Source: Octopus vulgaris
Lineage: Eukaryota
Assembly: GCA_951406725.2 (NCBI GenBank)
Contig: OX597839.1
Span: 682,001-746,000, forward strand
DNA length: 64,000 nt
Reading direction: 5' to 3'
Shown here: piece by piece, positions 1-40,575 of the stretch
Layout of the letters: each line of letters starts with the position of its first letter
Numbering within the stretch: position 1 is the stretch's first letter
Made by a program: the position numbers and the translations under genes
Notes under the pieces: model-generated
What the model saw: the letters and a program-made list of their open reading frames with translations, nothing else
Told to the model about the DNA's origin: nothing
The model's database searches: none

Positions 1-61
1 AAAAGAGTAAAAAGAGTAACATTATTATTATTACTGAATTTATTTATCTTCTATTTATTAG

Positions 62-27751
<27,690 letters not shown>

Positions 27752-27808
27752 ATTGTTCGAAGCACATCAAAATCAAATCATACCTGTAAAGTTATTTCTG
27801 AATTCGTG

Positions 27809-27910
27809 AATAAATTCAGAAATATTAAATGTAACATATGTAATATACAAAGCATTTTTCGATTATTGTGTCAATATAATATGTATATACAGATATTTAT
27901 AATAAATAAA
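27809..27910 (+). terminator. Candidate polyadenylation signals of the CYP gene
   Basis: AATAAA at 27809-27814 and AATAAATAAA at 27901-27910, followed by U-rich sequence. Confidence 0.5.
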
Positions 27911-28534
27911 TTTACTTTTATCTTCGTACCATTGTCTTTTTCTGATTAAATACTCTTTACTCTTTCTTTTACTCTTTTACTTGTTTCAATCATTTGACTG
28001 CGGCCATGCTGGAGCACCGCCTTTAATCGAGCAACTCGACCCCGGGACTTATTCTTTTTGTAAGCCCAGTACCTATTCTATCGGTCTCTTTTTGCCGAAC
28101 TGCTAAGTGACGGGGACATAAACATACCAGCATCGGTTGTCAAGCAATGCTAGGGGGACAAACACAGACACACAAACACACATGCATATATATATACATA
28201 TATACATCGGGCTTCTTTTCAGTTTCCGTCTACCAAATCCACTCACAAGGCTTTGGTCAGCCTGAGGCTATAGTAGAAGACACTTGCCCAAGGTGCCACG
28301 CAGTGGGACTGAACCTGGAACCATGTGGTTGGTAAGCAAGCTACTTACCACACAGCCACTCCTGCACCTATTTATTAAATATTTATTAAACTTTATAATT
28401 TAATTCTGTATTTGCCTGATCAAGTAGTGATGTTCCCACAATTAAGTTTACAAAAGTGTTTACATCATACATACATGCATACATACATACATACATACAT
28501 GCATATGTACATACACAAACACACTCATACATAC

Positions 28535-28815
28535 ATGAGGTGCCTTCCAGAAGTTTTGAGACTTTTTCAAGGGTGGCGTTTATTAATTCCAAAGAATTAC
28601 AAAACTCCAATCTCCTTCAAAGTAGCAGATAATGACTTCAACGCTCCTTTTGCTGCATGCCAGCTCTTCTGTGAAAGTCTCATGTAAATTCTTCAAAGTG
28701 AAGGTGTCCAAGAACTCAATGTCTTTAAAACGACTGACCCAGAGGTTTTCCTTCATCTTGGATAACAACCAAAAGCCACAGAGAGCAAGGTCTGGATCGT
28801 AGGAAGGGTGCATGA
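28535..28815 (-). mobile_element. Mariner transposase 3' relic
   Basis: HPSYDPDLALCGFWLLSKMKENL...RF...YFEGD matches the YSPDLAPxDF(W)LF motif and a mariner C-terminus. Confidence 0.8.
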
Positions 28816-31800
28816 CAGTTTTGTCAAGTCGTTCGTCATCAGGATTGAGATGTAGACAGGTAATTCACGAACAGTGCTGAGTTGAAACCTGGGCGTGTTG
28901 CTGTTGGACAGGTGTTGTCGTCTGGCGTTGTCTCATGTGGTCAGTGGCTAGACCCTAAAAGGTCTAGAACCAAAGACTTCGAGACAAGGAGTAGCTGGGT
29001 TTTTGTAAGTAGCTGTAAGCTCAAACTGAGTTAAGAACAGGCTGTCCCACGTGATCTTATTTAGAGCTCCGACTGGTTATACGCTGCAGATTGGAGCGAC
29101 AGAGTAAGAGACAAATTGCGCCAGTACCAACCAATCAGAGTAGTGGACACAGCGGGTTCCAAATAGCGGCCATAGGCTAGCTGTTATCCGCTACGTTGGT
29201 ATGTACCTATATATAATAAAGGGGAGAGTGTACGCTACATATTCTTCCTGTTGTAAGCAATAGGATCACATGCGGTCGTATTGTGTAGGGAATACAATCG
29301 CACGCGGTCCCATTCTTAATGATTTATTACAAGCCATAAATACATGCAGTAACAATAGAACATAAGTGGATTGACAACAAGTCTTCTGTTTGAGATATAG
29401 ACATTATTTATTTTACAATCGTGTTGATGTTGGGAGTTTGTAAACGTTAGCACGTACGTGCGTATGCAACACGTGTTTGTGTCTGTGTGTTCGTGTGTGT
29501 GTGTGTGTGGCTGGCATGGAAAAGTACCTGATGGTGGAGGCGGCGAAGATAGTAGGCTTTCTGTGTTGAGTGTACATTAGCGTCGTAGCTAGTTGTAGCA
29601 GGAACAATCGTATATCATTTGGTTGAGCAGCGCTGTCTCTGAAGCCGTCGTAGAATAGGCATATATTTCAGTGATTTATCAATATGTAGTTACTCCATCA
29701 TTGTGATTAAAGCCGCTTTAAGCGATCAGGAGGCTAGTGAGTTGAGTTGAATCTAAAGATCTAAAAGAGTAAACGAGTAGTATAAAATATGGATTCAGAC
29801 GTGACCTGCAGTCGTCTCTTTTCGCGACTAACTCTCCCACCGAGCGGTCACATTTTCTCGGCTCCCGCTCTATTTCCTTTTCCCTGTCTCTCTGTTGAAT
29901 CATCAGGATATTCTTATTTCTTTACTGCCCACAGGGGGCTACACACAGAAGGGACAAACAAGGACAGACAAAGGGATTAAGTCGATTAGATCGACCCCAG
30001 TACGCAACTAGTACTTAATTTATCGATCCCGAAAGGATGAAAGGCAAAGTAAACACCCGATTCGGTTATAGGCTATGAGTCTACATATAGTAATCAACTA
30101 CAATGTAATGTCCGTTTAAATGACAAACACGCGCTCATATATATATTTCTGTATGTACACACACACGTGTGTGTATAAATAAAGAAATTTTTTTTTTGCT
30201 ACAAGTAGCGTTGCCTTAAAAAATGAGTTCAAAGCATATAATAATTAAACAAACAAACGGGAAATAGACATTGATGGACACCAACACCTCAATCACAATT
30301 TCGCACCTAACCGATGACACTGAATTCCCTACTAGTGTCGCCGACTGCACCCGTCGCCGGGAATTGGTGAGTCAAAATGAGAAACAAGACAGAAAATGTC
30401 CAACCAAGAATACAAACGAGGAATAAATGTACTCCAAAACGAGGTAAAGGATGTAGGAGGGACAGAGAAGAAAACGAACGGGACTGTGGGCATACAATCG
30501 AACTGAAATAAATGAACGAATAAAATAAGGCTTTAGGGCCAGACAAGAAACGATGATAGCCAACGCTGGAAGAATATCCTGATGCGTAGCCGTATTTCGT
30601 CTGCCGTTACGTTCTGAGTTCAAATTACGCCGAGGTCGACTTTGCCTTTCATCCTTTCGGGGTTGATAAATTAAGTACCTTTTTCTTTACTACCCACAAG
30701 GGGCTAAACACAGAGAGGACAAACAAGGACAGACAAACGGATTAAGTCGATTACATCGATCTCAGTGCGTAATTGGTACTTATATAATCGACTCCGAAAG
30801 GATGAAAGGCAAAGTCAACCTCGCGTATATATACGTTTCTTTATTACCCACAAGGGGCTAAACATAGAGGGGACAAACAAGGACAGACAAAGGGATTAAG
30901 TCGATTATATCGACCCCAGTACGCAACTGGTACTTAATTTATCGACCAGAGAGACAGGGGAAAGGAAATAGAGCGGGAGCCGAGAAAATGTGACCGCTTG
31001 GTGGGAGAGTTAGTCGCGAAAAGAGACGACTACAGGTCACATCGGTAGTAAAAGGCAAATGGTAGAGGGCAGGAGACACACACACAGAGGGAAGGCAAGA
31101 GAACGTAACAGACAGCAGTATGGAAGGAAAGAAAGAAAGAACGAGGGAGAGAGAGAAAGCTAAAGAACGAGAGAGAGAGAGAGAGGGGGAAGGCAAAAGA
31201 GCGTGACAGATAGCAGCATAGAAGGAAGGAGGGAAGTAAAATGTGTGTATGTGTGTGTGTGTGTGTGTGTGCGTACAATCATATGTATTTCTTTATTGCC
31301 TATTCTACGACTGAACATAGAGGGGACAGACAAAGGGATTAAGTCGATTACATCGACCCCAGTGCGAAACTGGTTCTTTAGTTATCGACCCCGAAAGGAT
31401 GAAAGGCAAAGTCGACCTCGGCGGAATTTGAACTCAGAACGTAACGACAGACGAAATACCGCTCAGCATTTCGCCCGGCGCTCTAACGTGTCTGCCAGCT
31501 CGCCGTAAGACATTTGTATATCCTCGGATGTGTTTCTCCCGCTTTCATTTTTCGGTTATTTCCCTTGCATTCATCTTCTGTTCTTTCCATCGCTTTCATT
31601 TTCCAATTATTCGTTTCACTTACATTTTTCAATTGTTCCCAACGCTTTCACTTTCCAATTGTTTGCATCTCTTTCATTTTCAGTTGCTCCCATTGCTTTG
31701 TTTTCCAGGAGTTTGTCTCACTTTCATTTTCAAGTTCTTTCCATCACTTTCATGTTTCGGTTCTTAGTATCACTTTCATTTTCCGCTTGCTGGTCTCCTT

Positions 31801-32458
31801 AGCAGTTTCTACTTGTGTGTTTCGCTTTCATTTTCTATTTGTTCGTCTCGCTTTCATTTTCCAGCTGTTTGCCTTGCTTTCCATAAATTCGAGTATTTTC
31901 AAGATATTTTACAGTCAGAAACCCTGGCACAGAAGCACTCCACCGTTTCACAAATATCAAAAGATTTTACGTTAATACCAATTTACCTGGGATAGAGTGT
32001 GAACCGTGTAAAAATTAAGCATACCACCAGTAGTAGATTTCTAGTGAGTGGAGAAATTTGGTGTTGGAAGATCCCCATTACACTTTCCGAAATTAAAAGA
32101 TTTCAGAAAAAGAATTGGGTCTGGATAGGGCTGGAGATTTTGATTCATGTGAGATCTGAGAGACGGGAAAAATTCCCAACCTAATAGGGATCTTTAGAGG
32201 GGAGTGACTACAAGCGGTTGTGGTAGGCAGAAAACTGTGATGCTGCATCTTTAGAAACTCCAATCACCTCAAGATCTTCAAGAACAACAACAACAAACAC
32301 TGACGGCTTAAAGGAGGCTTCCAGCACTGTCAACGCCACAATTTCAACACCAGCAAAATACAGCAGCAACCGCAATAGTATGCAGCAGTAGCATCAATGA
32401 TTACAGCATTTGCTACGGGACTGGAAACAGCAATTATAGTAACAATACCAAGAGCTGA

Positions 32459-32827
32459 GTGGAGGCGCAATGGCCCAGTGGTTAGGGCAGCAGACTCGCG
32501 GTCATAGGATCGCATTTTCGATTCCCAGACCGGGCGTTGTGAGTGTTTATTAAGCGAAAGCACCTAAAGCTCCACGAGGCTCCAGCAGGGGGTGGTGGTG
32601 ATCCCTGCTCTACTCTTTCACCACAACTTTCTCTCACTCTTACTTCCTGTTTCTGTTGTACCTGTATTTCAAAGGGCCGGCCTTGTCACTCTCTGTGTCA
32701 CGCTGAATATCCCCGAGAACTACGTTAAGGGTACACGTGTCTGTGGAGTGCTCAGCCACTTACACGTTAATTTCACGAGCAGCTTGTTCCGTTGATTCGG
32801 ATCAACCGGAACCCTCGTCGTCGTAAC
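32459..32827 (+). mobile_element. tRNA-derived SINE family B; other copies at 19357-19740, 24084-24695, partial 7766-7915 and 53260-53915
   Basis: Head GGAGGCGCAATGGCCCAGTGGTTAGGGCAG...GTTTCGATTCC; TSD ACCAAGAGCTGA here, AGTTAGTAGC at the 19357 copy. Confidence 0.88.
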
Positions 32828-33121
32828 CGACGGAGTGCTTCCATTCCACCAAGAGCTGAAACAACAACAACAACAACAACAACAAAACAAACACCTTCCA
32901 CGAAAGACACCACATAAACAAATGAAAGCCACCAAACAACAAAAAAGACAGGGGGGCTGTGGTCCTTGACATATACCCCATCCCACTTGGGATCATCCTT
33001 ACCAAAGTAAAGAGATAAAACATACTAACGCACAAAAAAAAAAACTGGTAGATATGAACAAATGGGAGAGACACCTTGAGAAATAATACTCAAACACCAT
33101 CCTCAACAGCAGCTACACCTG

Positions 33122-33770
33122 GCCGTTCAAGAATTTGAACCTGGAGGTCTCCATTTCCAGCGACTTCGAGGGCCACCTCCCAGTGGTGTCGGGCGTCAAC
33201 GAAGAGCCCTCGACTACAACAAGACGACTAAAGCTTTTTTTTTCCAAGGTCTGGGGTCTCCCGCCCCTAAGCCCTAGACCATCACCTAAACACCATTACC
33301 CATCTTGTTGCTTAACAACAACAACACCATCATCATCATCACCATCAGCAGCCGTTCAAGAATTTGAACCTGGAGATCTCCATTTCCAGCGACTTCGAGG
33401 GCCACCTCCCAGTGGTGTCGGGCGTCAACGAAGAGCCCTCGACTACAACAAGACGACTAAAGCTTTTTTTTCCAAGGTCTGGGGTCTCCCGCCCCTAAGC
33501 CCTAGACCATCACCTAAACACCATTACCCATCTTGTTGCTTAACAACAACAACACCATCATCATCATCACCATCAGCAGCCGTTCAAGAATTTGAACCTG
33601 GAAATCTCCATTTCCAGCGACTTCGAGGGCCACCTCCCAGTGGTGTCGGACGTCAACGAAGAGCCCCTCGACTACAACAAGACGACCAAAGTTTTTTTTT
33701 TCCAAGATCTGGGGTCTCCCGCCCCTAAGCCCTAGACCATCACCTAATCACCCTTACCCATCTTGTTGCT
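33122..33770. repeat. GC-rich 228/229-bp tandem repeat, about 2.8 copies
   Basis: GCCGTTCAAGAATTTGAACC at 33122, 33351, 33579. Confidence 0.95.
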
Positions 33771-33786
33771 CAACACCACCACCACC

Positions 33787-33818
<32 letters not shown>

Positions 33819-34098
33819 CAACAACAACAGCAGCTACACCAGTGTTGCTAACACCATTATCCCCATCACCCCCACACTCTATTATAAACACGACTTAATT
33901 CACACTCACAACACTAAACTGTGTTTAGTTCAATTGGAGTTTGGGTTCAGAGGTGGATATTGTTTACACATTGTTATTCTTCCGTGCTATAAACACAAGC
34001 TTACATAATTTCTTCCATGCTATATCACAAGCTCATATCACTATGAACATTTTCGAGTATATTTATAGTATGTATGTGTTTTCCAGTCTTCAACTGAT

Positions 34099-34190
34099 GA
34101 CCTCATCGAAAACATTGATAAAAGACCTCATCGAAAACATTGATAAAAGACCTCATCGAAAACATTGATAAAAACCTCATTGAAAACGTT
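34099..34190. repeat. 25-bp tandem repeat (GACCTCATCGAAAACATTGATAAAA), about 3.5 copies
   Basis: Direct inspection. Confidence 0.9.
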
Positions 34191-34978
34191 AAGAAAAAGA
34201 GACATTACAATGCACTTTGTCTTCCTCTAAAACTCTTCCCTCCCTCCTTCCCGCTGTCTTTATTGTGGGTTCTTCCCTTTTTTTCTTCTTTCTGTTGATC
34301 TGATAAATGGAACAGCCTGCTCACGAAATTAAAGTACAAGTGGCTTAGCACTCCACAGACACGTATACCTATTTCTTTACTACCCACAAGGAGCTAAACA
34401 CATAGAGGACAGACAAATGGATTAAGTCGATTATATCGACCCCCAGTGCGTAACTGATACTTAATTTATCGACCCCGAAAGAATGTAAGGCAAAGTCGAT
34501 CTCGGCGGAATTTGAACTCAGAACTTAACGGCAGACGAAATACCTATTTCTTTATTACCCACAAGGGGCTAAACACAGAGGGGACAAACAAGGACAGACA
34601 TAGGTATTAAGTCGATTACATCGACCCCAGTGCGTAACTGGTACTTAATTTATCGACCCCGAAAGGATGTGAGGCAAAGTCAACCTCGGCGGGATTTGAA
34701 CTCAGAACGTAACGGCAGACGAAATACCGCTACGCATTTCGCCCACCGCGCTAACGATTCTGCCAGCTCGCCGCCTATCGCATCTGTTTACCTTCTGATG
34801 CACCTTTAACCACTACAGCATGCTTAAAGTTTTCCGTTGAAGCTACAAGAGGTGAGGGGAAAAATAGTACAGATACATCGCCTGGGACAGAAGCAACACT
34901 GAATAATACATTTGTTGCGGAAGAAGTGTTATTTTACAAGCGTTATGTAATTAAACGATCTATATCACGTCAATTAAA

Positions 34979-35440
34979 GCCCACTTTTGCCCTACATTTA
35001 GCCCACTTTTGCCCTACCTTTGCCCTACATTTAGCCCCCATTCGCCCTACATTTAGCCCACTTTTGCCCTACATTTAACCCACTTTTGCACTACATTTAG
35101 CCCACATTTGCCCTACATTTAGCCCACTTTTGCCCTACCTTTGCCCTACATTTAACCCACATTCGCCCTTCATTTAGCCCACATTCGCCCTACATTTAGC
35201 CCACTTTTGCCCTACATTTAACCCACTTTTGCACTACATTTAGCCCACATTCGCCCTACATTTAGCCCACTTTTGCCCTACCTTTGCCCTACATTTAACC
35301 CACTTTTGCCCTACATTTAGCCCACATTCGCTCTACATTTAGCCCACTTTTGCTCCACCTTTGCCCTACATTTAACCCACTTTTGCCCTACATTTAACCC
35401 ACATTCGCCCTACATTTAGCCCACTTTGCACTACATTTAG
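34979..35440. repeat. 22-bp minisatellite (GCCCACTTTTGCCCTACATTTA) with half-unit variants
   Basis: Direct inspection, about 20 units. Confidence 0.95.
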
Positions 35441-35737
35441 AATTTCAGAGTAAACTTTGTTTATATGTGTATGGGTATGTGTATGTATATATATTCTTTT
35501 ATTCTTTTACTTGTTTCAGTCATTTGACTGAGCCCATGCTGGAGCACCACCTTTTAGTCGAACAAATCGACCCCCCACCCAGGAATTCAATTTTAAGCCT
35601 GCAACTTATTCTATCAGTCGCTTTTGCCGAACCGCTATTACACGGGAGCATAAACGCACCAACACCGGTTGTCAAGGGGGTGATGGGGGACGAACACGAG
35701 CACACATATAGATACAGACACACACTACACACATACA

Positions 35738-35778
<41 letters not shown>

Positions 35779-36064
35779 CGCCATGATAGACGCCATGATA
35801 GATCGTTAGCCACTACACACATTTTTTTTCTCTCCTTGTTTCTCTCCTTGTTTTTTTCTGTGTCCCTTTCTGTAGAAGAGCGTAGGCTCGAAATATAAAA
35901 TACTTTTTCTATTCCTGAGCGTTATACTAATACAGCTGTTTGTTTTGTACACCACCTGTCTTTGTCTTTTGTTTTTTTCGTAAATTCTCCCTATTTATAT
36001 ATGTATACATATATATGTATGTATGTATGTATGTATATACATACACGCACAGACGCATTTATAT

Positions 36065-36099
<35 letters not shown>

Positions 36100-36537
36100 G
36101 TCATGCAAGTGTAAAGAATATCTAACCACCGCCCTGATAACAATAAAAAGAAAAGCAGCAGCAGCGACCGTAAACAAAAGTAGCTGCAACAACCATAAAG
36201 AAGCATGTCTTTGCCTCCCCCTCCTCTATTAGTTTTCCTTTTCAACTTCTTACAAACAAGACTTCAACGTAACATTAGAAAAAAATCCCATTTGAGTTTA
36301 TTTGTGGAGATGGGAAAATACGTTCTGACGCGACGTTAAGAGAACTCGCTGGTGTATTAGACCAAACGTTTTGCCTTGAAGAAAACCAGCTTCCAGTCAC
36401 CGTAGTACATTTCCTGGACTCCACGACGAAGGTAACTTTCGATAAGACTCCTTTTAGCCCTTCTAATTTTAGGCAAAATATTTTGTGAAGATTTTTACGG
36501 CTATAGGCCCTTCCTAAAACCTTTACGTATGTGTGCA

Positions 36538-36571
<34 letters not shown>

Positions 36572-36580
36572 ATTATTTAT

Positions 36581-36652
<72 letters not shown>

Positions 36653-36770
36653 GCTTATTGAAATGCAGCAGGTGATTTTTCTGGTGCTTTTCAATAAAGC
36701 ATATTACTCTGGTATTCGAGTACTATTTTTTCCACCTTGTTTCGCATTTATGTGCTTACTCCGGTATATA

Positions 36771-36838
<68 letters not shown>

Positions 36839-36869
36839 TATATACATATATATATATATAGATATATAT

Positions 36870-36916
<47 letters not shown>

Positions 36917-36943
36917 CATATATATATACATATATATATACGT

Positions 36944-37007
<64 letters not shown>

Positions 37008-37564
37008 GTATATATATATATGTATATGTATATATATATATGTATATGTATCATCATCATCATCATCATCGTTTAGCGTCCGTTTTCCATGCTAGCATGG
37101 GTTGGACGGTTCTACTGGGGTCTGTGAAGCCAGAAGGCTTCATCAGGCCCAGTCAAATCTGGCAGTGTTTCTACGGCTGGATGCCCTTCCTAACGCCAAC
37201 CACTCCGTGAGTGTAGTGGGTGCATTTTTACGTGCCACCCGCACAGGTGCCAGACAGAGCTGGCAAACGGCCACGAACGGATGGTGCTTTTTATGTGCCA
37301 CCGGCACAAGGGCCAGGCGAGGCTGGCAACGGACACGACGTATATGTATATATATGTATATATATATATATTACTCTTTACTCTTTTACTTGTTTCAGTC
37401 ATTTGACTGCGGCCATGCTGGAGCACCGCCTTTAGTCGAGCAAATCGACCCCGGGATTTATTTTTTGTAAGCCCAGTACTTATTCTATCGGTCTCTTTTG
37501 CCGAACCGCTAAGTGACGGGGACGTAAACACACCAGCATCGGTTGTCAAGCAATGCTAGGGGGA

Positions 37565-37610
<46 letters not shown>

Positions 37611-37891
37611 CATATATACGACAGGCTTCTTTCAGTTTACGCCTACCAAATCCACTCACAAGGCATTGGTCGGCCCGAGGCTATAGCAGAAGACACTTGC
37701 CCAAGATGCCACGCAGTGGGACTGAACCCGGAACCATGTGGTCGGTAAACAAGCTACTTACCACACAGCCACTCCTGCACCTATATATATATATACACAT
37801 ATACATATACATATATATATATATATACACATATACATATACATATATATATACACATATACATATACATATACATATAATATATATATAC

Positions 37892-38034
<143 letters not shown>

Positions 38035-38171
38035 AATATAAGAGAGTGTTCACTATATTGATCACTCTAGCACCAGTTAATCCAAGAGGTTTCAACCACG
38101 AAAAATACATGTTTCCCATGAAAGCCGGTACGACTGTTAGCTCACACGGACAGGGCAAATAAAAAATAACA

Positions 38172-38271
38172 NNNNNNNNNNNNNNNNNNNNNNNNNNNNN
38201 NNNNNNNNNNNNNNNNNNNNNNNNNNNNNNNNNNNNNNNNNNNNNNNNNNNNNNNNNNNNNNNNNNNNNNN
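38172..38271. other. Assembly gap (100 N) inside the 535-bp array
   Basis: Sequence on either side joins exactly in register with the unit (AATAAC-A|AAAA-TACAG), so the true copy number is unknown. Confidence 0.97.
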
Positions 38272-38285
38272 AAAATACAGATTAT

Positions 38286-38363
38286 CTTGGGACAATTGTT
38301 TCGCTATTAATGAATTAAATGTAATATTACTTACATTAATCCATTTGTAGCTCTTCAGCCAAG
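38286..38363 (-). ncRNA. Type I hammerhead ribozyme, copy 1
   Basis: Minus strand: CUUGG-CUGAAGA-[GCUA...UAGC, 49-nt stem II]-GAAA-CAAUUG-UC-CCAAG; stem I is CUUGG/CCAAG; GUC cleavage triplet. Confidence 0.85.
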
Positions 38364-38820
38364 GCTATCTTGATGAAATCCACTCAATCACACGCCAGAT
38401 TTTACCATAACGATAATTACGCGTGCGGTTCAATTGATTACATCGGACGTTATAATTCAAATGCCCCAACCAACAGCGCGCCAAACTCTCACGGAAAACA
38501 AAATACAGCATTTAGAAATAAATGCAGCATAATTATAATTAATTAATAAGGGTGAGAGAATTAGATACTAATTTAATAGTATATTTATTCCACACCAAGT
38601 GGCCTAGTGCTACGAGAAACCTGGATTATTATAATATTTTATAACATATTATAATATTTTCACAAAATAAATATAAGAGAGTGTTCACTATATTGATCAC
38701 TCTAGCACCAGTTAATCCAAGAGGTTTCAACCACGAAAAATACATGTTTCCCATGAAAGCCGGTACGACTGTTAGCTCACACGGACAGGGCAAATAAAAA
38801 ATAACAAAAATACAGATTAT

Positions 38821-38898
38821 CTTGGGACAATTGTTTCGCTATTAATGAATTAAATGTAATATTACTTACATTAATCCATTTGTAGCTCTTCAGCCAAG
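38821..38898 (-). ncRNA. Type I hammerhead ribozyme, copy 2
   Basis: Same sequence as copy 1, offset +535. Confidence 0.85.
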
Positions 38899-39355
38899 GC
38901 TATCTTGATGAAATCCACTCAATCACACGCCAGATTTTACCATAACGATAATTACGCGTGCGGTTCAATTGATTACATCGGACGTTATAATTCAAATGCC
39001 CCAACCAACAGCGCGCCAAACTCTCACGGAAAACAAAATACAGCATTTAGAAATAAATGCAGCATAATTATAATTAATTAATAAGGGTGAGAGAATTAGA
39101 TACTAATTTAATAGTATATTTATTCCACACCAAGTGGCCTAGTGCTACGAGAAACCTGGATTATTATAATATTTTATAACATATTATAATATTTTCACAA
39201 AATAAATATAAGAGAGTGTTCACTATATTGATCACTCTAGCACCAGTTAATCCAAGAGGTTTCAACCACGAAAAATACATGTTTCCCATGAAAGCCGGTA
39301 CGACTGTTAGCTCACACGGACAGGGCAAATAAAAAATAACAAAAATACAGATTAT

Positions 39356-39433
39356 CTTGGGACAATTGTTTCGCTATTAATGAATTAAATGTAATATTAC
39401 TTACATTAATCCATTTGTAGCTCTTCAGCCAAG
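39356..39433 (-). ncRNA. Type I hammerhead ribozyme, copy 3
   Basis: Same sequence as copy 1, offset +1070. Confidence 0.85.
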
Positions 39434-39890
39434 GCTATCTTGATGAAATCCACTCAATCACACGCCAGATTTTACCATAACGATAATTACGCGTGCGGTT
39501 CAATTGATTACATCGGACGTTATAATTCAAATGCCCCAACCAACAGCGCGCCAAACTCTCACGGAAAACAAAATACAGCATTTAGAAATAAATGCAGCAT
39601 AATTATAATTAATTAATAAGGGTGAGAGAATTAGATACTAATTTAATAGTATATTTATTCCACACCAAGTGGCCTAGTGCTACGAGAAACCTGGATTATT
39701 ATAATATTTTATAACATATTATAATATTTTCACAAAATAAATATAAGAGAGTGTTCACTATATTGATCACTCTAGCACCAGTTAATCCAAGAGGTTTCAA
39801 CCACGAAAAATACATGTTTCCCATGAAAGCCGGTACGACTGTTAGCTCACACGGACAGGGCAAATAAAAAATAACAAAAATACAGATTAT

Positions 39891-39968
39891 CTTGGGACAA
39901 TTGTTTCGCTATTAATGAATTAAATGTAATATTACTTACATTAATCCATTTGTAGCTCTTCAGCCAAG
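39891..39968 (-). ncRNA. Type I hammerhead ribozyme, copy 4
   Basis: Same sequence as copy 1, offset +1605. Confidence 0.85.
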
Positions 39969-40087
39969 GCTATCTTGATGAAATCCACTCAATCATTTTA
40001 CCATAACGTGGTGTTGGAGAGGTAAGGGCAAGTGCGGCAACGTGGGCGGGAGCAGGGGAACGAGCCGGGTTGGGAGGTAGGGTCAGG

Positions 40088-40150
<63 letters not shown>

Positions 40151-40183
40151 TATACATATATATATATATATACATATATATAC

Positions 40184-40332
<149 letters not shown>

Positions 40333-40344
40333 ATATATATATAT

Positions 40345-40575
<231 letters not shown>

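Larger units (their letters stand above)
38035..40090 (-). mobile_element. Tandem array of 535-bp units, each with a hammerhead ribozyme (retrozyme / Penelope-like terminal repeat array)
   Basis: Unit marker AGAGAGTGTTCAC at 38041, 38676, 39211, 39746 (535-bp period after removing the 100 N). Copies look identical by eye except a 10-nt deletion near the end of the last partial copy. Flanked by long (TA)n on both sides. Confidence 0.85.

Noticed and set aside
28821-29194. Possible solo LTR with a CCAAT box
   Set aside because: TG start is present but the other end is imperfect and no TSD was found.
31514-31975. Phe/Ser-rich ORFs
   Set aside because: Derived from a degenerate CGCTTTCATTTTC repeat tract.
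34979-35440. CRISPR-like appearance of short repeats (also 10424, 15131, 34099)
   Set aside because: Head-to-tail minisatellites without unique spacers; eukaryotic context and no cas genes.
36279-36431. Open 51-codon stretch KKIPFEFICGDGKIRSDATLRELAGVLDQTFCLEENQLPVTVVHFLDSTTK ending at AAG|GTAACT
   Set aside because: Weak acceptor, no recognisable homology, and its phase does not join the MIB-like frame at either 47328 or 47342. At most a UTR exon.
38035-38160. Plus-strand peptide [11 protein letters not shown] in the 535-bp unit, reminiscent of a GIY-YIG C-terminus
   Set aside because: Too short, on the opposite strand from the ribozyme, and no other endonuclease motifs.
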